DNA of 51,490 nucleotides from Girardia tigrina (GCA_001938485.1 MQRK01255235.1:1-51490), one strand, 5' to 3'; positions 1 to 12,726 are shown, counted from the stretch's first letter. Notes: generated by a model from the sequence alone, not told the origin. Numbers and translations: made by a program.

Positions 1-132
1 TAAAAAAGTTAATTATAATTAAAAAAATTTGTTTGTTTATTTAGAATAAATTTTTAGCTTTAGCGCGTTGAAATGACTTCGATTGGTTTGGATGATGGAG
101 TGCCCATAAATTCTAACATATTTATTTAATAG

Positions 133-479
133 GCATATTTAATCCCAAAGATCGAAAGAAAGATATTCGAGAAATATGTAGTGAAAAAGCCTTTTTTAAA
201 AAGGAAGAAAAAAGGGCAGCTCAACCAGAAAGAGAATGTGGAAGGACACTATGTTGGGATTTTCAAAAAGGAATTTGTAAAAGAGGAAATTCGTGCAGAT
301 ACATACACGATTTAACAAAGGAAGAAAGTCCAATCAAATGCAAATATTTCGAATCCGGCAATTGTAGATTTGGGAGCAACTGCAGAAATCTACACTCGAA
401 AAAGGATGTTTTAAGTTCAGATCAAAATAAACACACGGAAGGTAAAGAAGAGCGAAAAGACAAAACACCAGAAGGATAG
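133..479 (+). CDS. Terminal exon of a tandem CCCH zinc-finger protein (RNA-binding type)
   Basis: Manual translation after acceptor taatAG (131-132): IFNPKDRKK...RTLCWDFQKGICKRGNSCRYIHDLTKEESPIKCKYFESGNCRFGSNCRNLH...PEG, TAG at 477-479. Two C-x7-C-x5-C-x3-H motifs. 5' exon(s) uncertain. Confidence 0.75.
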
Positions 480-1556
480 TTTAATCAGATTTTACTGGTC
501 TCATAGAGGAAAATGAATTCTCTGTGTCATTGAGAACCATTCCCGTTTATCTAATAATATTTTTATAATATTTTATTTTATATTTGGTTTGTTGAATTTG
601 GGACACTTTAACATTGTTAATTTAATTAATTTTACTTTATAATAAGTTTTATTCGATTCGATAAATTTGAATAATATGGTTTTGTATACTTAAATTCATA
701 GAAATATATTTTATGTAATGATGATTTGGTTAACAATTTGATATTAAACGCAACGTTCAATCATATATATATATATATTTTTTTTGAAGCCCACCATAAA
801 TAAATTGGCTTCTGAATATTATTATCTGGAATTAATTAATAGAACTTTTTATTTATGCTCTCCGTTGAGTTTATTTAGCATTTTTCTCTAATAATTTTTG
901 AACGAATTCGTCTAATGATTTATTAAAATTCTTGTAATACTTCGGATTTAGCTTTCATATTAATATTTTTGTAATGTACTAACAATATTTTGATTTAATT
1001 ATTTTTGTATAATTCTATTTATAAAATCTTTGTTGATTAATATTGTTATTTCCTCTATTATTATTCTCCGAAATGACAATGTCGGTTTAATACAAATTGT
1101 TCGGTGTCGTCCGATTAAGGAAAGACTCGCCGCATTTCAATTTTCCTGAAGTTATTTTGTATTTGGTTATTTTATCCCATTTTATTGTATATTGTTTTTG
1201 ATGAGTTCTTGTGCGTTGCTTTACTTTTCTGGTTTTTGAATATTTTCCATCATTTATTATAAAAGTATATTTTTACTAGTGTTTTTCTGTATTTTCACTG
1301 ATTTTCTTCATTTAACTGCCATATTTTGTATTTATTGATTAAGAATAAAAATTTAATATTTTAATATTTTCTTCTGAAATCTCTACTTTTTGACGTATAT
1401 TTGCGATAATTTTCTGTTTTGATTATATTCTGAAATATATGATATTATATTTATCATTTTTGTTTAAATATTTATGATTAAAAATTACGTTAATTTAAGT
1501 AAATTCTTCCAAATTAAATTTATCATATCCGATTTCCCCTTCACTTATTATTTTAA

Positions 1557-2083
1557 TATTAAGAACACCAACATGGGTTTTCAAACTTTTATTTTCATTA
1601 CAATCAGAATTGTCTTTTGGACAACTCTCAGCGAAACTCTCGTAATTCGACATCGTTCTAAATTGATAATTTTTTATTAATGTTTGTTAATAAACAATTA
1701 TTCGAACAAATTTTTAATTATTTTCTGATTTTATTTTTAAAGTTCAAATTTTGTAGTTTTAGTATTAATTTTTATTTACATATTAATTTTATCTAAAAAT
1801 TATTTTATGTAAAGAAAGAACATTTAATTAATTCAAAACTTAGTTAAAACTATTTATTTTATTTAAATTTTAATATGAAGATTTGAAAAGATTTAATATT
1901 TTTAATGTTTTTACATATATTATACTGTACTTTAAAATATAAATTATACTCGAATAATTATTTATCGTGAACATCTAAAATATCAATTTTCCATCTGGGT
2001 GGGAGAAACACATTTCCAAATACTAAACTATACAAAATTCAACAAACCAATTTCAACATACCAAATTTAAAATATTCCTCACA
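1557..2083 (-). mobile_element. Solo LTR, family A (TGTGAGG...TCTTAATA)
   Basis: Near-identical to 14696-15203 and, reverse-complemented, to 42727-43287; those two copies have 5-bp TSDs. No TSD visible here. Confidence 0.75.
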
Positions 2084-2331
2084 CAAATAAAATTAATTAA
2101 TCTTCAAGTAAATAAATTTTGGAATGTTTCGATTGATTTTAATGAAAAAACTTATAAAACTTTTCGTTTGAACAGACTCACAATCAGATTTGTATTCATG
2201 CTCATAGATCAATGAATGACACGGAACAACAAATTATGGTTTTGTGATCATTAAAAATGAACAAACATTATCTGACCATGCAAACTTTCCGAATTTACGA
2301 ACAAAATATATTTAATGATGCATTAATAAAT

Positions 2332-3729
2332 TCAACAAATTCCATATTCTGCATTAGTCCATTTGCATTTCTTATCACAACATTTTACACAATTCCAAAC
2401 TTTTACAGGAAGTGTTGGATTTGTACCTAAAAGCACATTTTACTATTTACAAAATGTAATTAATGAAAACTTACAGCCGTTTGAACTGTCAGTAATTGCA
2501 AATTCAGAAAATAGATAGAATCCAAAAAGGATAAGAAACACAAATGTTTTCTAAAGTTAAATCTTATTACTCTTTTATCTAATAATAAAAGTGTTCTGAT
2601 ATGTAATATAAATATAATATTAATATTTTTATTTTGATAATCCCAACGAATTTTTTGTAACTATGATGAAACATAAAAATGAATAAAGGATGTGCAAAAA
2701 CGTCAATTCTTAATAACACCGCCGTTCCATCCCGCAGTGTAGTCCCGAATTTTCATACCAAAACTGAGAACATTACACAACTAGACTTATTTTTTACTGA
2801 GCAAATGATAAAGGATTGAATGTTTTTACTTCAGAGAAGGTTAAAAAACCTTTAGAAGTGTATTATGTCAGAACATTTCAAAGACTTAAGAATTAACCAA
2901 AGAATTAGGTTGTCAACAGTTAAAGAATGAAGAGAAAGAAAGCGGAGAATAAACATCAAAAGTTATGAAAACAATCGATGTGGATCGTATTCTTGCAACA
3001 ATCGAAAGTTTGTCAGTGTGATTTAGACAACGATTGGCGACAGAGTGCAGATGTAAAAAATATATTATGACATTTGTTTCACAATATTCTCAAATCGAAA
3101 CAAAAAATCTAACCGATGAAAGCTCGGTACTTCTTTAAAAATAAATTTGAAATTTTATTTTGATTTTAATAAAATTTATTATTAAAGGTAATCGACGATG
3201 ACATGTTTCAAATAATATTGGGATTCACTTTACATAGACTAAATTCGAGCTGTGATGCAAATAAAAGTATTGAAAATCATATTAGTGTTCTTAATAATTA
3301 TTACTAACAAATATAATTGCAGGTGATGGGAAAGATATTCCGAAACAATTAATCAATTTCTTAAAAAAGCTTTAACAAAATTATTTATAATAGACTGAAA
3401 AGACAATGGCAAATATTTAACATAGTCATAAACGCGATTTATGTTCGTAAAATTTATTGATTTAAACTTTTCATATTTATGATATATTTCCGTGGATTTC
3501 CTGCCATCTTCAGGCAAATGTTTTTTACGCAATTCACTTTTGCAGTAGCTATTTAAATATTTTCAACAAAGTGAAAGAAAAAGTTTTTTATCATATATAT
3601 ATATATATATATATATATGATGACAAGGAAAATTAATTTAGATATTATATAGCGATTGATATGGATATATAAATTAAAATATTGGTAATAATAAAAGTAT
3701 AAGGGATAATAAAAATCAATTCTCACCAT
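2332..3729 (-). CDS. Small secreted 6-cysteine peptide, knottin-like C-C-CC-C-C pattern (~57 aa); exons 3727-3729 (ATG, inferred), 2475-2550, 2332-2426
   Basis: Spliced translation M|KTFVFLILFGFYLFSEFAITDSSNG-C|TNPTLPVKVWNCVKCCDKKCKWTNAEYGIC*. Canonical 48-nt intron GTAAGT...TTTTAG (2474-2427); acceptor tttAG before K2; candidate first exon aaaaATG|GTGAGA at 3729-3721. Confidence 0.7.
3455..3590 (-). mobile_element. Possible degenerate Penelope-like pseudo-LTR with a decayed hammerhead
   Basis: Minus strand reads CTGAAGA TGG-caggaaat-CCA c GGAAAT AT ATC, with AATAAA downstream; resembles the hammerhead arms at 17-18 kb. Confidence 0.35.
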
Positions 3730-4265
3730 TTTTAATAAAAACGTAATATATATTTTTCATTTCTTTGATTGTTAAGTTATAGAGGTTCATTAATTCAGCA
3801 CTTCAAATAATTATGCAAATCATTTTTGACGTGTCATGTTTTCGTTGCATTTGTAGACATTGTTTTTCTTTGATAAAAGACTTTTGTAGAATATTCTGAA
3901 TATTATTGCGGATTGATCTTTCGTATATAAATACATTCACTCGGGTTGTTGGATGCCTTGCATTATATAGTAAAGTACTAAGAACATAATAAACTTTAGA
4001 AAAGATATGATGACTTATCGAGATCTCACTCATGTAGTTAATCTCACTACAATCTATTTACAGTTGTGGACGAAACATTAATTCATTATTTACTGCTAAA
4101 TAATTGAATTACATCGTGTCGGATAATTGTTTAAATAATCACAATTCGTCGAACATTAGAAATGTATCGTAAATAAATTGTTTTTTGCTTTCATTCGCTC
4201 TTACAAGCAATTGCGATTTTGGGAAGAAAACATTGAAGATCGTGCCAACTTATGCTGGGAGTGGG

Positions 4266-5008
4266 CAGTGCTCGAAGTGGAAAAAAATAAGTGCTGGTAT
4301 GCGGAAACCGGCCATACAGTGATTTTGCTCCTCCGCTGCCCAACGCCAACACCCTGACGTCAACTCCCACTCCCCCTCCCCGATTTTTTAATATATTTAG
4401 AAAAAATAGTGGTTTCTTTTCATTTCCGCTCACCCAAAATTGTATACAACCCCCACACATTAACGAACCCTGAGGGAAACCAAAAACCATTCTCCGTTTA
4501 AATCTTATTGACTACACAATAAAGATATTCACCAGCGTGTGTAATGGTAACTATAGTAACTACAGATCTCACTAAGTGTCCAGTCAACAATAAACTGTCT
4601 AGAGCTGATATATTTTGTAAATGCAATCGACACCAGAGTCGGCATCCTTTCCACTACCCCGATGTGACATGCAGCAAAATATAGTCGGCGCAGTCTAACA
4701 GACAAAATGAGAATGACTGACAGTACACTTCTTTTATACTAGACTACTGGTTGACACCTTCAACCAATGATAGTGTACTTGGGGCTCAGACAACGATTAT
4801 GCTCTATCTACAGCGCACACACTCGTGTGTGAGGTTTGTGTATATACAGCAATTTTTAAGCCTTAAGAAAAACAAGTGCCGGTATGAGCCGGTATTCCCT
4901 TTAAAAATCATACTGCCTCAAAATTAAATAAGTGCCGGTATGTCATACCACTTCGAAAACAAGTGGCGGTATGGCATACCGGCACATCCAGGCTCACTTC
5001 GAGCCCTG
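4266..5008. mobile_element. hAT-type MITE
   Basis: TIRs cagtgctcgaagtg / cacttcgagccctg; degenerate 8-bp TSD ggagtggg/aaagtggg; subterminal gtgccggtatg repeats. Confidence 0.7.
4540..4812. mobile_element. Solo LTR nested in the hAT MITE
   Basis: TGTA...TACA termini; imperfect 5-bp flanks gcgtg/gcgca. Confidence 0.5.
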
Positions 5009-6899
5009 AAAGTGGGGATATATTTTATTGGATCGAACAATACCGTGAATAAGCTGATACACTCCATGAAATCAAGCTAGTGATGCTGCCACTTGCACTG
5101 ACGGGCGAGGTATCTGTCTTATGTCGATTCAGTGAGGCAATGCGGAAAGATGTTGAAAAGAGTGCAGATGCACTAACAGAGGCGTGAGTTCCCCCCNAAG
5201 CCCAGCGAGGACGTGGATATTTTCATGGCCGATTTGAAGCGCTCGGTGGCCTGGATCAGTGACAATCGAGGAAATTAGGATCTTTCGTGGCCAGGGCCTT
5301 CATAAATGGACTGCCCGATGAAGCTCTGAGAAGTGTGAAGACCGAAGCGCCAGGCAAAACGAAAATGCTGTCGAATACGGTGTGATGCAAGTTCGATTCT
5401 CTTTATAGAGATCGGGGAAGTAATGGCCAAGGATGCTTCGTGACTTCACAAGGAAAATAACACTGTTCATATTAACCTGGTAGAACTCGAATCAACCAAC
5501 GAGGCGATAAAGGAAGGGGTTGCGTGGGAATTAAAATACATCGAGATTATGGCCTACTTCGTCACTGTGTTTCGGTGGTTTACAAACGTTTCAAGGGGCT
5601 TTGTGTCAGTCAGATCCAGTGGAATGAGCGAGCTGCTCGTAAAGCGACGCACCTGTACAATCAAAGAGACTATCAAAGAAGAGCAACTTCGGGTGGAGTG
5701 GCAATTGTTTAATTCAGCAGAGAATCGATGACGTTCTTGACAAGGATATTGTGAGGCCCAGGGTAAGTAACCAAGAAGAAGGTACTGGCGGTTGTAAAAT
5801 GATGTCTTAGGGACTCATCAATCAATCCGTCAACAGTTAGAAAAGGATGAGCTGGGCGTCAAATAGGCATGGTAGAGGCTCGTGATGGACATGAATCACA
5901 CATCCGAGGAAAAGTACATGACGCTGGTTGATTGAGGGCCTGGCGGTTTGCAGTTTAGAGGATAATTGCTTCAGAATGTGACAAAGATTTATGTTCCGCT
6001 CTAAAGCGGTGTTCAATAAATTCGGACCACCATGAGAGCTTCTATTGGATAAGTTTATTCATTAATTAATAGTAATTTTTAAATTTTTACAAACAATTAA
6101 TACATAGAATAATTGTGATGTGATTCATAATCTGTAATAATAAGAATATAAAATACATATTAAAATATCAAATATTATGATTCATAATATTAGTGTTACA
6201 AGTTAGCAATTGCTTTAATAGAGTAAGGTAATTTCGGACTGCGTTTTACATTTTTCTCTACTAAACAAAAAGTATGCAACATCTGGCAAACGTTTTTTTT
6301 GTCAAAATGATATTGTATATCTGTTATATAAGTTCATAAAAGCATCAATTAAAATCAATCATTGACTTAACAGAAATTTGCAAATTCATACCTTTGGTAA
6401 TTTCGGATATCCTGGGGTAATTTCGAAACAGAAGTCTTTTTCAAGAGATATGTATATGTGTCTACTATGAGTAATTTAGGAAAAGCCCAATACATACCAA
6501 ACGAAATAATCAAGTATTTTAACAGTTTCGACAAGTGTCAGTTTAAAAGTATGTTTTGCATGCACTCTGCTCGTATTTAGTATACTTCATATGTTTTTCC
6601 TTTTAATTCATCTACAAATTAAAATAAAAGTATGGATATTTATTACTCGGACATCATCAGCCCATCTAAGAAAAACCAAAATAAAAAAGAAACGCAAGAA
6701 AAAAATGAAACTTAGTGTCCTTTCCCAATACTAAAAATGAAAAAAATTTAATAATTTAATTTGAGGATGGTTAATAATTCATAACGCATTCACGAAACAT
6801 TTCTCACACGGTCGTCCTTTATCATTTATACAATTAAAAATATCTTCAGCACCCAATATTCGTATTACTAATTTTATATTTGGCATATATTCGGTTAAT

Positions 6900-9800
6900 A
6901 TAAATTTTCATCTCGCCAGAATAAATTTTCGTGTTAAAAAATGAATTTGGATATTGATGTTGCAATCACTTCTCACATGGTGACTAACGCTGCAATGAAT
7001 ATCTTCACGGGTCAACTGTTATCTGAAAAGTACAGGAAAGGCGATAATGTGGAGACATTTATTGAAGAATGTGAAACATTCTTTAATTTTTCAGGAATAG
7101 CGAAAGACAAACAAGAGACAATAGTCATTTGTTTGTCGGAGAGAGATCTGAAAGATCGATACAAAGCGGTAGATAAGACAATAGTAGGTTATAAAGACCG
7201 ATTGAGAAAGGCATTCTCTCGAACTTTCTCACTATTCAAAGACCTGACTGAGGCATGCCGGTACAGGATGAAGGAAGATGTACCTGAAGTATTTTTTGAG
7301 AAAGTAGAAAAGCTCGCAGCCAAGATCCTGAAACATGACTTGTCAAAAGACGCCCTCACGGAAGCATTATTGTTACATTGTTGTGATGATGTGGACATAA
7401 AAAAGGAAGTGAGACTTAACAAAGAGAAATGAATTGATGAGATAAAAGAAAAGGTAAAGGCAGTACATGACGTCAAAAGTGTGGCACAAGACTTGAATGT
7501 AGTAAGAGACCAGGGGACGCAAAACAGACCCCGGAGTTATAGAGAAGCAGTAACAGTAGACAGTAAATACGGACAAAATCAGACATGGGTTGGTAGAAAT
7601 ACTACAGAATATGTTCAAGACATGAAAGCAGTCAAATGTAGAAATTGTGAAAAAGTAGGTCACACAAGTGAAACGTGTAGACAAAGAAAACCAATCAAGT
7701 GTTTCGGATGTGGAAAAGAAAGACACATGATAAGAAACTGTTCGGAAAGGAGACCAATAAAATGTTATGCTTGTGGACAACAGGGACACATAAGAAGAAA
7801 CTGTCCAAACTTCGAATGCAAAAGATGACAAGATAAAGGCCACAGTGAAAGTGAATGTTATACAAACCTAAATGGCAGAAGACGACAGCAAAATACAAGT
7901 GACAATAAATATCGAGGATCGGGATAAAATCAACAAAGATATAGAGATACAGAAGTAAGAAGACCAGGAGATAATCGAAGATTCGTGAATAACATTGAAG
8001 AAGAATATGAAGAATCAGTTACATGAAGTGAACACCCAAAAGGCAACGCCTCAACAGAAGTGGAGCCAGTTGGGGCAATAAATTAAAGGATACCAGCGAC
8101 TCCCAAAGTATTGGTATTTATAGTAGAAGTAATTTATCAAATATTATAGACGTAGTGATAGACGATAAAAGGAATGTTAAGATAAGCGAAGCAAGAGTAA
8201 ATGATAAAGTACGGAAATTTAAAAAGAAAGAAACTTTTGAGGACAAGCTTGGACGAAGTTTAGTGGGAACAATTGAAGAAAAGAACACAGATGAAAATGT
8301 CAGGATTTTGTCAATAGATTAATGAAAAACAGAAAATATATCGTATGATAGAATGCAAGGCCGGTCGAGTGTAAAGTTGATGATACAAGGTAAAGTGGAG
8401 GATTGTTTATTAGACATAGGTGCAAGAGTAAATGTAATCCACAGAAAGATTTTTGAGAAACTAACGAACGTTAAATTAGAAAAGGCAGATATTAAATTAA
8501 ACTGTGCAAACAGTAGTCAACTAGATTGTATGGGTAAATTTCAGTGGATGTAGAAATTAAAGAAAAACGGAGAAATATAACGTTCATTGTAGTAAATGAC
8601 GTAAATCCAGACATAATAGGAGGAATAGAACTGCAGATAGCGTTTGGAATCGAGCTACATTGGAAAAAGAAAGAAAATGGTGTGAATGAACAATTTTATC
8701 AAGTATGTAACTTAGAAGTCAAATTTAAACGTAAGGTTACAAACGAGGAAAGATTCAAAAGAGCCATGGAAATTATGAAAATTGCAGATAAACCAAAGAT
8801 TGTGGATATTGTTAAAAACATCAAGGAGTTTTTATGGCGGATAAATGGGATATCGGATGTATGACGATGATTAAACATAGAATAGACACGAAAGGACCTC
8901 CAATTAACCTTAGATCACATAGGAAACCAGTTAATCTGGAAGAAAAGATCGATAAGACTATTAAGAATTTGTGGGAAAACAACATTATTAAGAAATGTAA
9001 TTCACCAGGGAATACACCGATGATTTGTGTATGGAAGAAAGAAAAGAATGATGTTAGAATTTTCTTGGATTTTAAACAGCTAAACCTAGTCACGGAGAGA
9101 CAGGCATTTCATATGCCAAATATGATAGAAATGATGGACAGATTTTATGGAACCAGATATTTCACATCAATCGATTTAGGCAATGCATACTACCAGGTTG
9201 AACTAGAAGAAGATTCAAAGCTAAAAACAGCATTTTCCACAAAGCTAGGACAATTTTGTTTCAATAGAATGCCGTTTGGTATAGCAGCGGCACCGGGAAC
9301 GTTTCAGGAACTCATGACAAAGGTGCTCGGAGGCATAGAACAGACAGTGGTATATTTAGATGACATTTTATATTTTCAAAATCGTTGGAACAACATTACG
9401 AACCTTTGGATAAAGTATTGGACCAAATTGGGAAAGCAGGTTTAAGAATTAATCCGGAAAAGTGCCATATTTTAAAAACGGAAGTTAAATTTTTGGGACA
9501 TGTAATTAATGATAAAGGTATACAGACGGACCCATCTAAATTAGAAGCCATAAAGACATTTGAAAAACCGAAATGTGTAAAGAATCTAAGAAGTTTCCTT
9601 GGAATTTGCAATTATTACAGACGATTTATTAAGGACTACATAACCAACAAAGGCCAAGACATTGGAACAACTGTGTGGATTGAACAAGAAGAAATTCTTA
9701 TGGATAGACGCATGTGATGTAGCATTTGCAGAGATGAAAGAGGCTTTAACAACACCACCGATTCTAGGATTCCCAGACTTCCAGAAAGAATTTATACTGG

Positions 9801-10094
9801 ACACTGATGCCAGTTTCGACACGATTGGAGCAGTATTATCCCAAAGAGACAAGAACGGACGTGAGAGAGTTATTGCATATAGTTATTGCATATATAAGAA
9901 TCAACTCGAAGAATCACACTCCATGAATAATCAGGAAAAAGGATACTGCATTACTAGGAAAGAGCTGTTGGCAATGTATTACTTCTGTCAGTATTTTAAT
10001 CATTATTTATACGGGAATCGATTCACTTTGAGAACGTATCATAAGGCAATTACGTTTATGGTTAAAACAAAAAAACCGATAACGGCACAATTTC
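6900..10094 (+). mobile_element. Degenerate Ty3/gypsy LTR retrotransposon: partial 5' LTR, PBS, gag, protease, RT, RNase H; truncated before integrase
   Basis: LTR end ...CTCACA (6977) followed by TGG PBS-like site; gag from ATG 6995 with CCHC knuckles (CRNCEKVGHTSETC, CFGCGKERHMIRNC, CYACGQQGHIRRNC); protease CLLDIGARVN; RT RMPFG and YLDD; RNase H FILDTDAS...TRKELLA. Internal stops and frameshifts. Confidence 0.95.
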
Positions 10095-10344
10095 GGGAAA
10101 AAAATGAACTTTCACGTTACTTTATTCATTTTAAGAAAATCAATTTATTAAATTTATTAACATCTTCCTACTTTGGCACGCCTCACATAGTTCAATTACT
10201 TCCTTTATTATTTCGTTGTATTTGTTCATGTTGTATTTTTATGATATATTTTGTCAGCTTCGCTGCCTCTGCATCTTATAATTGTGTTTGTATTCGTACA
10301 ATCATGTCTTGCCTCTTTGCTTCTAGTATCTAAATCTTTCCGTT

Positions 10345-10811
10345 TGAGAGGAATATTTTCGAATGGTGCTTATTGTATTCTATGTTTGATATGTTGTTAA
10401 GATTGTGTTTCTCCCACCCAGATAAAAGATTTATATTTTATAAATGTTTTGAACCGTCGAATTATTTTGACAATGTTAAAACGTGAATAACAACTTTAAA
10501 ATTAAATTAATATATTTTAATCAATAAACACATAATAACATTTTAATCATAATTAATATATTTTAAAATAACCAAAGTCATCCATTTAAAAATATATTTT
10601 AAGACACTATATTTTTGAAAATAAATTAAAATTATTTTGTAATTTAAATTGAATTTTAAATGTGTTTGAATAATTAGAGGAATAAGAATTGAATTAAAAT
10701 TTATTAATCAAGAACGATGTCTAACAATTAAAGTTGTATGGAGAATTATCTTGAAGACAATTCGAGTTGTGATGTGAATAGATGAATTGAAAATCATATT
10801 AGTGCTTAATA
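10345..10811 (+). mobile_element. Diverged solo LTR related to family A
   Basis: Starts TGAGAGGAATATTTT, contains the shared ctcccacccagat motif, ends ...gtgcttaata. Confidence 0.6.
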
Positions 10812-11229
10812 CAAGCTATGATTGAAATGCTGAAAAAAGTAATATACAGTCGAGTCTAGTTATTGTTACATTATCGGGATGAGACGTTGCTGGTACATTA
10901 TCCTGACCCTACTGAAAACTTTGTAATGTACAATTTGTAGCATATGTTTGATTCCGGCTGATATGATATCACTTTGAATTCGCATAATTTCTTCCAATAG
11001 TATTTGAAATATTATTGTTTGGCAGAATAATAAATATGTATAAAATTTGAATTTTATTAATGTAAGAGAAATACATACAAAAGTTTTAATAAATAATTTA
11101 GTAAAGAAATATACACCAAATAGATTTTTTATTATTTAAATACAATTTGATTTTATTGTTTGTTTGGTATGATCATCATTTGTACTTGGGCTGTCCAGTG
11201 TATCGTGCAGAACTCGTACAGAATTAGGA

Positions 11230-11658
11230 AGTCCATTGTCATCAGCTGGACAAACTGAATGATGCACTTCAACAGAAAAGATGTAGTGTTCCATCAAGAT
11301 AATGAGAGACCTCATACGAGTTTGGTCACTCGCCAAAAGCCTTTAAAGCTTTAATGGGATACATTGTAAAACTTACCATATTTTCCAGATCTGGCGCCTT
11401 CGGATTATTATTTTTTCCGGTCACTGCAAAATGTTTTGGACGGTAAAACCTTTGCTTCAAATGAAGACGTCAGAAATCACATAGATCAGTGTTTGACAGC
11501 AAAGACAATTGGTTTATGAGCATAGAATCATGCTACTACCAGAAAGAAGGAACAATGTGTTGGATCAGAACAATTTAAAAAAATATTTATTCATTATACG
11601 AAGATCGTCTTTCATTTTCACCATAAAAAAACGAAATTACTTTCCCAGCATTCCAATA
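11230..11658 (+). mobile_element. Mariner transposase 3' fragment with right TIR
   Basis: Reads VFHQDNERPHTSLVTRQK...PYFPDLAPSDYYFFRSLQNVLDGKTF...LLPER (mariner HDNARPH and YSPDLAPxD motifs); ends ...ttccaata. Confidence 0.85.
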
Positions 11659-11769
11659 GATTTCAATATTTTTTTAATTTTTTTATTAAATACTTTTCCG
11701 GTATTTGGGTACATAAAAACATGACCAATTATTTTAGCTCATTGATATATATATATATATAATCCCTTT

Positions 11770-12030
11770 TTTAAACCTTTCATAGCTGGAGCTTCATCCG
11801 TGCAGATGCTAATACAATTTTCCCATCTCAACTTATACTTCGTAACATTTTCATCGTTTAATTCAAAAATGTTCGCACCAGTCGTTCTTTGTTTTAATTC
11901 CTTACAAAAAAAAGTAATTATTCACAATTTTTCCTGTATCGACGAACCTCAAAAATGCCAGCAACTGAGCTTTATTGCTAATATCTGTGCTTTCACCAAG
12001 CTGTATAGCCAATTTTCTTGAAGGTTCATT
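11770..12030 (-). mobile_element. hAT (Buster/Charlie-like) transposase fragment
   Basis: Minus strand gives LAIQLGESTDISNKAQLLAFLRF...FCKELKQRTTGANIF...WENCISICTDEAPAMKG, with frameshifts. Confidence 0.8.
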
Positions 12031-12213
12031 AAAACAAATTACTAATTAAGTCTTTAAAATATTTCACTTTTATAATTCAGTTAGTTTAGCAAAACGATAT
12101 ATCATTTGTCTTATCGATTATTAATTCAGTAAATAATACCACGACTTGAATAATAGCATTTGTAAATGAATTAATTGGTTAATTTCCCTCCTGATTAATG
12201 ATTTATCCAGCAG

Positions 12214-12726
12214 TAATCCAAAGTCAGGTCCTCTTATATCAGAAATAAAAGACCAACCTCAAGTTGATGTTAAAAAGTTTGTTTGTTTCGACGAGAAAGG
12301 TTTATTTAATAATGAATTTGCCAGTGTTAACAATCAAAGACCAGAAATGGAAATAGTTCAAGTGCCAATCGATGGTTTCCCTGAGTATTTTGTGGCTGAA
12401 ATCAAGCTACCGAAACTTGTGAGATGATGTCATTTTCTCCGGTCGTGTTTACTGATTCTTTCTTTGTCTATTGTTTCCATAGAGATCCAGCAGAGGTTTG
12501 GAATTGAAAATCGGGAAAAATCGTGTCGTTTTAGAATCACGAACAAAGATTTATGATTTAGATTTCCATTTACCCGACTTTATAATTCCCGAGAAGACAT
12601 TAGCCGAATTCAATGTCGTAAACAAGGTGATGCAGCTCACTTTGTATTTTATATTAATTGATATGCCGGTATTTGCAGGTTCTCACCTTGACTATGACCG
12701 TTGATGAATCTTTGATTTCTGAATAA
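12214..12726 (+). CDS. PIH1D1: PIH1D1-like R2TP co-chaperone, 3' exons encoding the CS domain: ~12214-12276, 12325-12418, 12483-12626, 12679-12726
   Basis: Spliced translation NPKSGPLISEIK...RPEMEIVQVPIDGFPEYFVAEIKLPKL|RSSRGLELKIGKNRVVLESRTKIYDLDFHLPDFIIPEKTLAEFNVVNK|VLTLTMTVDESLISE*, matching my recollection of the PIH1D1 C-terminus (AEVDLPKL...LSLEIGENRLV...YHLD). GT-AG introns of 48, 64 and 52 nt; the first is in-frame and could be read through. Confidence 0.8.

Larger units (their letters stand above)
4200..6050 (+). mobile_element. Highly degenerate Ty3/gypsy remnant (gag and integrase pieces), interrupted by a hAT MITE
   Basis: GC-richer block with gag-like EDVDIFMADLKR...FVARAFINGLPDEAL (~5205-5330) and integrase-like LVMDMNH...KYMTLVD*GP (~5880-5945); many stops and frameshifts. 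Confidence 0.55.

Noticed and set aside
4535-4817. TSD pair gcgtg/gcgca as evidence of CpG methylation decay
   Set aside because: A single site cannot support a methylation claim.
4870-4990. Short spaced repeats gtgccggtatg resembling a CRISPR array
   Set aside because: Subterminal repeats of a hAT MITE in a eukaryotic context; irregular spacing and no cas genes.
7189-9852. Minus-strand ORFs overlapping gag-pol; also 11136-11336 and 20792-21148
   Set aside because: Antisense shadows of real coding or TE frames.
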